Below, in pieces: positions 1 to 10,219 of a DNA stretch of 64,000 bases; position 1 is the first letter of the stretch; the number at the start of each line of letters is the position of its first letter. Both the position numbers and the translations under genes were made by a program. Under the pieces are notes generated by a model, which made no database searches, was not told the origin of the DNA, and saw only the letters and a list, made by a program, of their open reading frames with translations. The stretch lies in NCBI GenBank assembly GCA_963811165.1, contig CAWEQH010000008.1:256001-320000 (forward strand). The letters run 5' to 3'. Source of the stretch: an uncultured Nitrospiraceae bacterium. GTDB taxonomy: Bacteria > Nitrospirota > Thermodesulfovibrionia > Thermodesulfovibrionales > UBA6898.

Positions 1-95
1 ATCACGCGGTCTCCCTTGGCGACTTCAAGTCCGTTAACCTCGAAATCATATATCTTCCCGCAACTTTTGAACCTTATTCCGATTACATTGGACAT
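1..95 (-). CDS. ricT: PSP1-domain protein (RicT/YaaT family), N-terminus only; truncated by the window edge
   Basis: Manual translation from ATG at 95: MSNVIGIRFKSCGKIYDFEVNGLEVAKGDRV. Conserved tmk-holB-yaaT synteny. Confidence 0.75.
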   Translation of the reverse strand, partial: MSNVIGIRFKSCGKIYDFEVNGLEVAKGDRV

Positions 96-96
96 T

Positions 97-1077
97 CTAC
101 AATACAAGCACCTTTCTCAAAAGCGAAGCTGTGTAATTCCATGTTATGGATTTATTGAGGTTGAACTGTAACAGCCTTCTCATACGGCTCAACTCCTGAT
201 GAATATATATTATAACTTTTACGTCAACGGATTTGCTCAAGCCGCTGAGATACCCTTCAAGGTCGACATTGACCAGATGCGCCGGGTCGTTCGTCAGTTT
301 GAGTACGGTCATGTCCCTGAAGAAGACCAGCACATGGTCGAACCATCGTTCCATATCGTCTCGTGACGACCAACCGTCTTTTTCAGCAAGCAGCATCCCC
401 CTGAAAAGGTTCAGAAACCATGTCCTTTCTTCCGCGAGATCAGAGGACAATGCAATTCCCGGGCGTCCCATCGATAGTCTGGCGGCCAGGGAAAGTTTTT
501 CAGCATCGTTCTCTTTTCCTGCAAGTACCCGTATGCAGGATTCAGTCGGAAGGGACGAAAAATTGATCCGGGAGCAGCGCGACCGTATGGTCGCCGGGAG
601 AAGATCGGCCTTGGAAGTGACGAGGACGATGACACTGTCTTCCGGCGGTTCCTCGAGCGTTTTTAAAAAAGCGTTTGCGGCCGAGATATTCATTGTCTCG
701 GCATCGTCGACGATGACTGTTTTTTTTCTTCCCTCAAAAGGTTTATAAGAGAGCGCATCGTCTATCATGCGGATCTCATCTATCCTTATCAGCCTTTCTT
801 CCGGGGACACGAGGAGAAAATCCGGATGGACCCCCGCCCCGATTTTTGTACATGATTCGCACTCGTCGCAGGCATCGACGGGACCGTCCTCCGAAAACTG
901 CGGCCCTGGTCTCGGGCTCAGGCAGTTTACTGCTTTCGCGAAGGCGATCGCGACGGTTTTCTTGCCCACTCCCGCTTCTCCACAAAAAAGGTAGGAAGAC
1001 GCGACCTTCTGTCTCTTGAGTATGCCCAAAAGCATCCGGACCGCCTTTTCCTGGCCGATGATGTCTCTAAGCGACAC
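97..1077 (-). CDS. holB: DNA polymerase III delta' subunit
   Basis: GEAGVGKK P-loop, Zn motif C...CDECESC, HPDF, ANAFLKTLEEPP, TIRSRC; downstream of tmk. Confidence 0.95.
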   Translation of the reverse strand: MSLRDIIGQEKAVRMLLGILKRQKVASSYLFCGEAGVGKKTVAIAFAKAVNCLSPRPGPQFSEDGPVDACDECESCTKIGAGVHPDFLLVSPEERLIRIDEIRMIDDALSYKPFEGRKKTVIVDDAETMNISAANAFLKTLEEPPEDSVIVLVTSKADLLPATIRSRCSRINFSSLPTESCIRVLAGKENDAEKLSLAARLSMGRPGIALSSDLAEERTWFLNLFRGMLLAEKDGWSSRDDMERWFDHVLVFFRDMTVLKLTNDPAHLVNVDLEGYLSGLSKSVDVKVIIYIHQELSRMRRLLQFNLNKSITWNYTASLLRKVLVL

Positions 1078-1113
1078 GGCTACTGCATCCCTCGTGTATT
1101 TCTCCCTCGCGGC

Positions 1114-1746
1114 TCATTTTCGAGATGTATCCAGAAAAGTATCCACAATGCCGATAACTTTTCCTTGCACCGCTTCTACCGTGTCCGAGCAGCCGAGCAG
1201 TTTTACCCGCTCCTTTTCTTTTGCGGCGATACTTATGAACCCCTTCCTGACTCTTTCATGAAAAGAGACGTCCTCACGTTCGAGCCGATCATTTTTCTGT
1301 ATCTTACGGTTTCTCATGAGTCCGGTTTCTACGTCCATATCCAGAAGTACCGTGAGGCGTGGCCTCAATCTGCCGGTGGCAAGGACATCGAGGGAGTCGA
1401 TAAGCTTCAGATCGAGACCCCTTCCGTATCCCTGATAGGCCATTGTCGAATCGCTGAACCTGTCGGTAACCACCACGTCTCCCCTGAGCAGTGCGGGCAT
1501 GATAATCTCCTTTATATGCTGGACCCGGGCGGCGTTATAGAGCAGCAACTCCGTAAGATGGTCCATATCCGTGCTCTCGGGTGAAAGCAGGAGCTCCCTT
1601 ATCTTGAGGCTTATCCTGGTGCCCCCGGGCTCAGCCGTCTGCGTGACCCTGAAGCCCTTTCCCCTCAGGTATTGCGCAAGCAGCGAAGCCTGTGTGGATT
1701 TGCCGGTGCCCTCAATGCCTTCGAAAGATATGAAGATGCCTTTCAT
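1114..1746 (-). CDS. tmk: Thymidylate kinase
   Basis: FISFEGIEGTGKST, EPGGT, DRFSDSTMAYQGYGRG. Confidence 0.97.
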   Translation of the reverse strand: MKGIFISFEGIEGTGKSTQASLLAQYLRGKGFRVTQTAEPGGTRISLKIRELLLSPESTDMDHLTELLLYNAARVQHIKEIIMPALLRGDVVVTDRFSDSTMAYQGYGRGLDLKLIDSLDVLATGRLRPRLTVLLDMDVETGLMRNRKIQKNDRLEREDVSFHERVRKGFISIAAKEKERVKLLGCSDTVEAVQGKVIGIVDTFLDTSRK

Positions 1747-2747
1747 GTAAGTGCCTCTTTCAGCCTCATCAGGACCTGAAAGACCTTGAGTGTTTCTTCA
1801 ACGGTCCTAGATCCGGTGCCGCACGAAGGGGTGATGATTATGTTCGAGAGAAGGACCTTCTCCGGAACATGTCCGGAGAGCTTTTCGATCCCCTCTAAAA
1901 ACCGTTTCGTCACTGACTCCGGAGTCTCAACGGTTATCGCATCCGATGTGGGGACGATCCCCCATGCAAGGCGGCCGCCCCGGTCGAGAAAGTCCCCGAA
2001 CTCATCCGGATAAAGGGCGATCGTATCGACATAATCGTATGCGTCGAAGTTGATGATGTCCGCCCCGCACCGGATCACTAGCGGCCAGTTTGCATTGCCG
2101 CAGCAGTGAATGCCGGGGATGCCGCCTTCAGAACGTATAACTTCCGCCACCTCACTTATGAGCCTCACACTTTCCTCTTCACTTACGCCGAGGTAAGCCG
2201 AACTGCCGAGTGCAGAGAGGATCGGCTCGTCGATGAACACGATCACCTTTGCCGCATGTGCGCTCAATGTCGCGATTTGCCACCTCGTTTTTGCCTTCAG
2301 AAGCATCAGGGAAATCTCACGCAGCTCTTCGTCGAAATATATCGGTTTCCCCCCGGCGTCTTTCAGCCCGAGGGTGAACGTAAGAGGGCCCGTAACATGG
2401 CCTTTCAGAAGATCGAACTTCCTATCTCTTATGACGTGCATGAAGGTATGAAGGCCCTTTGCGTAGTCTTCGGACATCGCTATCCTGCTTCTGTCATTCC
2501 AGCCTTCATAGAACCTCTCCAGCTCATCCGACCCGCTTTTTTCGATCCAGGCCGTCTGCTTCTCCGTGTCGATCCTGAAAAAAGGCATCCCCTCGGCATA
2601 CTGGGGGATCATGAATTCTCTGAAGGATATTCGCGGGAGCTGGGGCCAGAAGGGGATGTCGAAGGTGTTCAGAATGAGCCTGCATGCATCCTCGGCGTTT
2701 ACGTGGGGCAGGCTGCCTATCCCTGTCGTGGAAAAAGGTTTGATCAT
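1743..2747 (-). CDS. Single-domain (core) cobalamin-independent methionine synthase-like protein, probably MesB type
   Basis: TGIGSLPH, WPQLP, KGHVTGPLT, IDEP, Zn ligands GIHCCG / NFDAY / TPSCG. Lacks the N-terminal folate-binding half of MetE. Confidence 0.75.
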   Translation of the reverse strand: MIKPFSTTGIGSLPHVNAEDACRLILNTFDIPFWPQLPRISFREFMIPQYAEGMPFFRIDTEKQTAWIEKSGSDELERFYEGWNDRSRIAMSEDYAKGLHTFMHVIRDRKFDLLKGHVTGPLTFTLGLKDAGGKPIYFDEELREISLMLLKAKTRWQIATLSAHAAKVIVFIDEPILSALGSSAYLGVSEEESVRLISEVAEVIRSEGGIPGIHCCGNANWPLVIRCGADIINFDAYDYVDTIALYPDEFGDFLDRGGRLAWGIVPTSDAITVETPESVTKRFLEGIEKLSGHVPEKVLLSNIIITPSCGTGSRTVEETLKVFQVLMRLKEALT

Positions 2748-2832
2748 CTATGAATGATACCTTATCGGGCCGCGTTGTTTCAAAGATTTTTGGGACGCTC
2801 TGAAGGGTATCAAAATTGAAATACATTGTCCT

Positions 2833-2908
2833 GAAATCTCCCTTACCCCTCTTTGCCGAAGAGGGGAATTATACCTCCCTTTGGCAAAGGGAGGTTAGGA
2901 GGGATTTT
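2833..2908. repeat. Composite palindromic (REP-like) element with two hairpins
   Basis: CCCCTCTT-N5-AAGAGGGG (2846-2866) and CCTCCCTTT-N3-AAAGGGAGG (2874-2894), enclosed by partly complementary AAATCTCCC / GGAGGGATTT arms. Confidence 0.7.
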
Positions 2909-2982
2909 ATCACTTAATGATGTCCTTATTCTGAGACAGTCAATAGGTAGCGCTCCGGCCCATAGTATATAATAAGAAACCA

Positions 2983-3732
2983 ATGACACGATTTATTTTT
3001 CTTCTTTTTATATTGCTTCCGGTAATGGCCTCAGCAGCCATGGCGGACGAAGAAATTGCGGCCCTGCAGCGGCAGACCGCTGAGCTGCCCGTAGGGGAGC
3101 GTATAGCGTTTTGGGCAGAGCAGTTTGTCGGAACGCCTTACGACACGGACCCGCTCGGCGAATATGTAAGGAAAAGTGTGATCGTTGAGGATGAAAGAGT
3201 GGATTGCATGTATCTGACTTTCAGGGCCGTAGAACTTGCAGTGGGGAAGGACCCCGATGATTCCTTGCGCATTGCTCTGGACATTCGGTTCCTTCACCAG
3301 GGGAAGGTCCAGGGCGGGAAGATCGTCAACTATGAGGACAGGTTTCAATACGGCGAGGATATGATCGAAAGCGGTAAGTGGGGGAAGGAGATAACGTCGA
3401 CATTGGGAGAGACGCTCGTTATTCCTGGACTATCAGGAAAGGATATAGCTTTCATACCCTCGTGCGATGTCTTTAGGACTTTCGGCAGTCTCAGAAGCGG
3501 CGATATCGTTTTTTTTGTGAACTTCCCGGATAAGATCGCTTCGGGAACAGTTGTCGGTCATATCGGGATCATCAAAAAGGAGGCGGACACGATATATCTG
3601 CTCCATGCCAGCGGAAGAAAAGAGATGGGCGGCATCGTGAAAAAAGCCTTCTTTAGGGATTACCTTTCGAAAATGCCGTTTGCGGGGATAAGAGTAAGCC
3701 GTTTCCCTGCGGACGTGCGAATGTCCGAATAG
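2983..3732 (+). CDS. Secreted DUF1460 / N-acetylmuramoyl-L-alanine amidase-like protein (NlpC/P60 superfamily)
   Basis: Signal peptide, FVGTPY, VDCMYL (catalytic Cys), SGDIVFF, GHIGI, LLHAS. Confidence 0.8.
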   Translation: MTRFIFLLFILLPVMASAAMADEEIAALQRQTAELPVGERIAFWAEQFVGTPYDTDPLGEYVRKSVIVEDERVDCMYLTFRAVELAVGKDPDDSLRIALDIRFLHQGKVQGGKIVNYEDRFQYGEDMIESGKWGKEITSTLGETLVIPGLSGKDIAFIPSCDVFRTFGSLRSGDIVFFVNFPDKIASGTVVGHIGIIKKEADTIYLLHASGRKEMGGIVKKAFFRDYLSKMPFAGIRVSRFPADVRMSE

Positions 3733-3785
3733 AGCTTATCCTGAAATAATGAAATAAAGTATGAAAGCGACAAGATGTCCAACCT

Positions 3786-3884
3786 TTATTTATTCCGTCT
3801 TCTTTGATGTTTGGTTTTCCTGAGCAGTTTTTTATGTTTATGCTTGCTCATCTTTTTCTTACGCCATTTTACAACGCTCCCCAC
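3786..3884 (-). CDS. Small basic ribosomal protein bS22 / AURKAIP1-COX24 (mS38) family; absent from the ORF track
   Basis: AAGGAGGT SD, then GTG: MGSVVKWRKKKMSKHKHKKLLRKTKHQRRRNK* (32 aa). Confidence 0.85.
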   Translation of the reverse strand: MGSVVKWRKKKMSKHKHKKLLRKTKHQRRRNK

Positions 3885-3963
3885 AGACTCACCTCCTTTT
3901 CTTAAATTAATAGTTAGCAGTAAACGGTAAGCAGAAGAATAACAAGATCCGACAATATTCTCT

Positions 3964-6900
3964 TCACCGCTGTTGCTTGCTTTTATATTCTCTGGCCTGG
4001 TCCATAAAAGCTTCCAGCTGGATTTCAGTGGTCAGAGACTCCGTGCCGTCATAGGGTATGCTGAGACACGGAACGCCAAAGTCCGTGCTGAGACCACGCA
4101 TCAACCCGCTGACGATCGTACCCGGCATGCAGCCGAAGGGCATCGCATTGACAAGTCCGGAGGCCCCTCTTCCTATTAAGTCGATGCTCTTTCCTATGCT
4201 GAGGATTGCCTCCCCCTCGAAGGAGGAGTGGAGGTAAGGACCCGCTTTCGCCAGTATCTCTTTCGTATCCGGTTCGTCGGGGTTCGTAAGAAACCCGCGA
4301 AATGCCTTCCTAATCCGTGCTCGATCCTCTTTTGAAAGAACCTCTTCAACAGAAGACTAATAATACCAGACCAGTCTTTTTTTATCAAGACTCTCCGAAG
4401 ACCCATATAGTTGACATACGATATCCACTCATCAACGGGTGCGAGATAGGCTTCGCCGCCCATGGCTTCGATTTTCCTGACCAGGTCTTCATTAGAGAAC
4501 CTGTTGGACCGCACGAATATTTCCCCGACGATCCCAATCAGCGGTTTTTTCTCCCCGGTCCTCCCGATGTGTTCGAAGTCCGCCCTTGCATTTCCAAGGA
4601 GCGTCCCGATATCGCCGTCGGCGCCTCTAATGGATTGGCAAGCACGCCTCAGATAGTCTCTGTATAACGCGTCGGCGGAGCCGCCGACGATTTCATACGG
4701 ACGTGTTTCATGCAGGCATTTGTGAAGCATCTCCAGTGCGACAATGCCCTTCCAGGACCTCATCGCAAAATTGCTGCCGACAACGCCGAGATGTTCGTAG
4801 AAGTTTTCATCCTGGTTCGGCGAGAAGACTGGAACATCTTCATATCCGAGTTCTCTTATCACCAGCCTGTGGAATATATTGTACTGTCCGAATCTGCAGG
4901 GGCCGGAGCCCGAGGGCATGAAGAAGGCTGACCTGTCAGGGACAAAGCCCGGCTCCAATATCTTTTTTACCATATCGCCCGTAGTCACCGCGCAGGGATA
5001 GCATTCTTTGCCCGAAACGAATTTCTTGCCGAGGTCCACCGCATCTTTCGAAGATTCATCGAGGACCACCGCATCCACCCCACAGTACTCGAAAGCCGCG
5101 GCGAGGGCCAAGGCATGGTCGGACATCCGGGGGATATAAATCGTCCGTTTTGCATGGCGGGTGACCGATGAGCGGGTTCAAGGGCATTCTTTTTTCGTCT
5201 GTTTCCCGGCTTGTTCGCGCCCGGGCTGGATCTTGATTCTCGATGCTGTCGAGGAACGCCTCGCACCTGGTGATAGCCCCTGCATCGGCGCTGTGGGCAT
5301 CTATCTCGAGATGAAGATAGGGTTTGCCGGACATCTCTTCCTCAAAGAACTTGATGATGAAGGAGTCGGGGCCGCATGAAAAGTTACCGATATAGACCGC
5401 ATGAAGAAGGGGGTTGGCCCTGACGATTCTGGCAGCGCCAATATCCTCTGGCCGGCCCTCCAATACATATTGGGCCAATCCTGATCGATATCGGAAAAGG
5501 TTCGATAGGCAGGAAATCCATAGGGATCGAGAGGACGCCAAGGTCTGCAAGCTTCCTTGGGATATTGAGGTTCATGCCTGTGTCAAAGGAGTTGTAGGCC
5601 CTACCCGTAATAACGACTGCCCTTTCCTTTAAGGACGAAAGGATTTTTTCCCCCTCGTTCCTGATCTGCATCAGAAATTCTTCCTGCGCCGCCCGCGCGG
5701 CGGCCAGCCCTTTCGATACCCGGGATGAGCTGATCTTAAACGGTTTGAAGACCCTCTGAAGTTCTTTTTTAAGGTAAGCGGCCCCTCTGGACATGTCGAC
5801 TACAGGAGTAAGAAACTCCGCGCCTTTGAAGGCGACCCTGGCCGAATACGGTATCGTCTGGGTGTAAGGACAGGCAAATCCCCTTTCGAAGGCATCACCC
5901 GGTGAGTTAAGATTTACGAAGCTCGGTATGAATATCGTCTCCACCCCGCGATCAAGAAGGTACTTAATATGCCCGTGAGCAGTTTTTATCGGGAAACATG
6001 TCTCGGAAAGTACGCTCTCAAGGCCGAGGTCGACGATATTTCGGTCGGTTTTGCCGGACACCTCCACTTCGAATCCGAGTTCCCATAGGAGCGTCGTCCA
6101 GAAGGGGAGGTAATCATGAAAGTAAAAAACATAAGGGATACCTATTTTTGGGCGTGAATGGGTGCTCTTTTGTGATTGCGGCAAGGGCGAGGCCATCTCG
6201 CTCATGTCGGCCTGCCTATTTAGGTGTGCTCTCCAGAGTAATTCGTCCCTCAGGGCAAAGAGATCCGGAGGGGCGTTTTCTTTCCGGCCCTTTCTCACGT
6301 CATACTTTTCGCACCTGCCGCCGTAAAAGAGATGGCCTCTTTCCCCCTCGACTTTTACCCTGTTGATTTCACATACGTTAGGGCACCCTTTGCACTCGAA
6401 GGAAGATATCTCATAGTGCCTTTTTGACAAACCAAAACCCTTGAATTTGGTTCCGGATTCCTGTAGGGGCGGGGTGACCCCGCCCCTGCCGCTGTTCATA
6501 TGCTTCATCGCGATCAGCGCCATGCCTATAGCGCCTGTTACGTCATGGTTTGGGGGAACGGTGATCTCTCTGTCTAGGTATTTCTCGAAGGCGGCGACCA
6601 CCGACTTATTGAATGCCACTCCGCCCTGGAAAAAAATCTTCCGCCCTATCGGACGTTTGCCCACAACGCGGTTGATATAATTCTGCACGATCGAATAAGA
6701 GAGTCCTGCAAGGAGGTCTTCCCTTTCCGCTCCGCGCTGCAGGTTGGTCATCAGGGAATTCTCCATAAAGACTGTGCAGCGCTCCCCAAGTCTGCAAGGA
6801 TTCAACGCCTTCAGCGCAAGCCGTTCGAACTCATTTTTAATCGGGATGCTCGAGTTTTTCCGCCTGTTCCTCAAGGAAAGAGCCTGTGCCTGCTGCGCAC

Positions 6901-8262
6901 GCCTTGTTCATCTCGAAATCCACGACCACGCCGTTTCTGAGAGAGATGAATTTCGAGTCCTGGCCGCCGATCTCGAAAATGGTGTCAACGTCCTTATCTA
7001 TAAGGGCCGCGGCCGTCGCCTGGGCAGTGATCTCGTTTTTTACGATGTCCGCCCCAATGTAATCTGCGATCATGTATCTCCCCGACCCCGTAGTCCCTAC
7101 GCCGCATATCAGCACGTCGCTGCCTATTTCAAGGCCGATTTCTTCCAGCCCCTGTTTAACAGCCTCTATCGGTCTGCCTGCGGTCATCAGATAACGTTTG
7201 GCAAGCAGCCTGCAGTCTTCATCTATGACCGCAAGGTTCGTGCTTATCGAGCCGATATCGACTCCGAGATAGGCGCGTAAAGGCCGCGAAACGTGAGGCG
7301 AGAGGGGAGAGGGGTTTCCATTTTGCAGGGGCGGGGTTACTCCCGCCCCTACTGTCTTTAAGGTGTCTTTCAAAAAAATCCTCCCCCTTCTGTACGAGAG
7401 GTTTATGTCCTTTCTCAGAGGGCCTGCTCGAATTCAGGAATTCTTCCAGCTTCCTCAAATCGAATGGCTGAGGTCTCTTTGCCTCCATATTCTTTAATCC
7501 GGCTCCTATGGCCCCCATCAACGCATGTTCTTTGGGCACAATCAGGTCTTCGATCCCGAATATCTCTTTAAATGCCCTTACCATGCCGGCGTTTGCGGCG
7601 ACGCCGCCTTGAAAGGATACAGGGCGGCTTATCTGCCTTCCCCTGGCGATGGAACCTTTGAAGTTTCTTGCAACGGCGAAACAGAGGCCCGCGACAATGT
7701 CCTCTACCGGGGTCGCGATCTGCTGGAGGTGGATCATATCGGATTTGGCAAAGACGCTGCACCTTCCTGCGATACGCGGAGGGGTCTTGGATTTAAGGCA
7801 GAGTGAGCTGAATTCCTCGATAGAAAGCCTGAGCCTCTCCGCCTGCTGGTCAAGGAAAGAGCCCGTGCCTGCGGCGCAGACAGAATTCATCGCGAAATCT
7901 TTTGCCGAAAGGGAGTCCTCGCCCAAGACGATGAGTTTGGAATCTTCGCCGCCGAGTTCGATTACCGATTTGACGTGGGGATAGAGCCTGCGGGTGGCAT
8001 ACGCATACGCCACGACCTCATTGACAGGTTCGATGCCGAGTATTTGGCCGATCAGCCTCCCTGCCGAACCGGTGAGAGAGAGTGAAAGATCCTTACCCCC
8101 TGCCCCCGTCTCATGTTCTGTGGCTTTTATTAATATTTCAAGCGCCTGCGCCAGAGGCTGTCCCTTGTGCCTCTGATAAAAGCTATGCAGCATCTTGCCT
8201 TCTTTGTCGAAGACAACAAGTTTGACACTGACCGACCCTGCGTCGAGAGCGATATATTTCAT
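3964..8262 (-). CDS. Large acyl-CoA dehydratase activase-related protein (two BadF/BadG/BcrA/BcrD ATPase domains plus DUF2229-like domains), split by at least 6 frameshifts
   Basis: Fragments join into one protein: DAGSVS..ELGGEDSK..CAAGTGSFL; DIGSIST..EIGGQDSK..CAAGTGSFL; CKGCPNVC; ETCFPIK; FSCGPDSF; KECYPC; GPCRFGQY; MPFGCMPG...QLEAFMDQ, ending at the TGA at 3964. Breaks near 7330, 6850, 5490, 5437, 5160 and 4280. Confidence 0.85.
6463..6489. repeat. GTAG-family REP-like palindrome inside a CDS
   Basis: GTAGGGGCGGGG-TGA-CCCCGCCCCTGC; read as GRGGVTPPLQ in the activase. Confidence 0.8.
7325..7352. repeat. GTAG-family REP-like palindrome inside a CDS
   Basis: GCAGGGGCGGGG-TTAC-TCCCGCCCCTAC, in the linker between the two ATPase domains. 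Confidence 0.8.
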
Positions 8263-8386
8263 CAGATTTCTTGGCGAATAAAATTTCTTAGATTATACCA
8301 CAGATTTTTTACATTACATGACTCAGGCATGGACGGTCTACGGCACTGCGAACCGACCGTACTGTACATTGACGCGCGGCTTTTGT

Positions 8387-9163
8387 TCAACTCCACTTCT
8401 GATCAGAGGGAGATGATGTCTCAGTCACGTTCTTACGAGGGCAGAAGCAGGCGAGAATACTTGTGCCTCTCAATTGGCTCGGAAGTACGTGACGGTCAAG
8501 GATCATAATATATGATATCAGCTTATGGACCAGCTTTCTTACGCCGCCTGGTCCTGTAAGCTTCGTCTCCCTTTTTATCCCAAGCTTGGCGAGAACATAC
8601 GCAGCGGGGTACACCAATCGGAAGAAGTATCCTCGCCATTTGATCTTCCAGCCGAGCCGGCCAGCGAGGTCTTCGATCATCTCCAGCGAGTATCTCCTGA
8701 AATGACAGTAAAATTCATCGTAATTAGACCACAGCTCCTGGCGGGCAGGGACAGTAAAGATCACATGGGCTGCATTTGGAAATGCATCGGCCAGATTCTG
8801 CAGAAAAGAGACGGGATCAGGGACATGTTCAATAACGTCAAGCAAAAGAAGCGCATCATACCGCTGTCTGTCAGCGGGAGAGAGGTCCATGGCATCGGTC
8901 TCGACCCGAATAAACTCCTCGGCCCCGGGAACAGGCGAGGCTTCTGAAATCTCTACGCCCGAACAGTTTACCCCTTTGTCTCGCAAGTACTTGACTGTGA
9001 TCCCTCGCCCGCATCCTATATCCAGAACAGCGGCATCAGGCACAGCAAGCGTCTTTACCGCATGTGCGATAACGCTGTTTCGCGCCAACTGCCACCAATG
9101 GTGCTCTATGCCGTCTGGATATGCATGTTCGTATTGATTCTGACAAAAGTTAGTACTCATCAA
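8387..9163 (-). CDS. Class I SAM-dependent methyltransferase
   Basis: VLDIGCGRG, LLDVIEHV, TVPA..LWS.YD...HFRRY; a type often found in glycosylation loci. Confidence 0.85.
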   Translation of the reverse strand: MMSTNFCQNQYEHAYPDGIEHHWWQLARNSVIAHAVKTLAVPDAAVLDIGCGRGITVKYLRDKGVNCSGVEISEASPVPGAEEFIRVETDAMDLSPADRQRYDALLLLDVIEHVPDPVSFLQNLADAFPNAAHVIFTVPARQELWSNYDEFYCHFRRYSLEMIEDLAGRLGWKIKWRGYFFRLVYPAAYVLAKLGIKRETKLTGPGGVRKLVHKLISYIMILDRHVLPSQLRGTSILACFCPRKNVTETSSPSDQKWS

Positions 9164-9422
9164 CTGCTATAGAAAATATATGACTTGCTACATAATTCAT
9201 CAAATCGATCTTCCATAATTTGACTATAGCATTATTGAATCGATCGAGAAAAGTATCTCTGATGATTATGCTGCGATGAAAATCGGACTTGATTATGTTT
9301 TCCTGAAATATCGTTATCGTTCATTGATTATGGTAAGGCATTATATGACAAATTGGACGGCAGATCTGTATTGATCCCATATTGCCTTTGATTGCCGTGA
9401 ATTGTTTTTCCTGGTCTTTAAG

Positions 9423-9437
9423 TGACAAAAATTGTCA
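9423..9437. promoter_or_regulatory. Palindromic candidate enhancer (bEBP/PilR-type UAS)
   Basis: TGACAA-AAA-TTGTCA perfect inverted repeat about 85-100 bp upstream of a sigma54 -24 element. Confidence 0.55.
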
Positions 9438-9494
9438 TTCTTCTTGACTTTTGTTATCTTTTCGAATAATTTATATGTGTTTCTACCAACTGAT

Positions 9495-9507
9495 TAAGAT
9501 TTTGATA
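9495..9507 (-). promoter_or_regulatory. Candidate IHF binding site
   Basis: Reverse strand TATCAA-AATC-TTA matches WATCAR-N4-TTR; lies between the UAS and the sigma54 promoter. Confidence 0.6.
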
Positions 9508-9519
9508 AAAAAATGCAGA

Positions 9520-9536
9520 TTGGCATACTAAATGCT
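9520..9536 (+). promoter_or_regulatory. Sigma54 (-24/-12) promoter of the pilin gene
   Basis: TTGGCATACTAAATGCT: GG(9522-23)-N10-GC(9534-35), upstream of the pilin as in other pilA genes. Confidence 0.8.
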
Positions 9537-9647
9537 TTAATATTTCACAATAGATTCCTTAAATTATTTTAAGGAGGTGATGATTAAGGCTTTATTTTTG
9601 GTGAATTCTGCGACCCTTGGTCGTAATATTCTAAAGGAGGTTTGATT

Positions 9648-10217
9648 ATGTATAAGGCAGTCAATAATTTGAAGGATCAAAAAGGTTTTACCCTCATCGA
9701 ACTCCTGATCGTTGTGGCAATTATCGGTATCCTTGCGGCAATAGCGATCCCGGGCTACATCGGCATGCAGGAAAGGTCGAGGAAGGGCGCGGTCATACGG
9801 GCTGCAGGAGCTTCGGAACCAGAACTCCAGGCATGGATCAATTCGGCAAAAAAGGGCTTGGCCAAACAGCAGGAAAATGTCATTGAGGTTGATTCAAACG
9901 GTGACGGTCAGATTACCTCTGACGGCAAGGACGAGAACAATGGTTCATTAGGAGCCGACTTAATTGCGGGGAATCTTTGTTCGGCATATATCTCCGCCAA
10001 ATGGAACCTGAATAAAGAGCTGTCGCCGTGGGATCCGACCATAAGCCTCTGGCATGATGCGGGCCTAGTTGCGACGACAAATATCGACGATACGATGGCT
10101 GCTGATGCCGCCTCGCTATCCCGCATTAATTGCGCACAGACGAGCAACAGGATTGACCTTTACGCAGTGGATAAGGCCAACGGTGTTCTCCACAAGAAGT
10201 CTATCTATTCGGACTAG
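9648..10217 (+). CDS. pilA: Type IVa pilin, probable major pilin
   Basis: Class III signal [24 protein letters not shown] with Glu5; AAGGAGG SD 7 nt before ATG 9648; own sigma54 promoter and downstream terminator; two Cys. Confidence 0.9.
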   Translation: MYKAVNNLKDQKGFTLIELLIVVAIIGILAAIAIPGYIGMQERSRKGAVIRAAGASEPELQAWINSAKKGLAKQQENVIEVDSNGDGQITSDGKDENNGSLGADLIAGNLCSAYISAKWNLNKELSPWDPTISLWHDAGLVATTNIDDTMAADAASLSRINCAQTSNRIDLYAVDKANGVLHKKSIYSD

Positions 10218-10219
10218 TT

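Noticed and set aside
9648..10217. Geobacter-type short conductive e-pilin, or a long/short pilin isoform pair
   Set aside because: The mature pilin is full length (~175 aa) with a globular head, and an in-frame TAA at 9624 precludes an N-terminally extended isoform.
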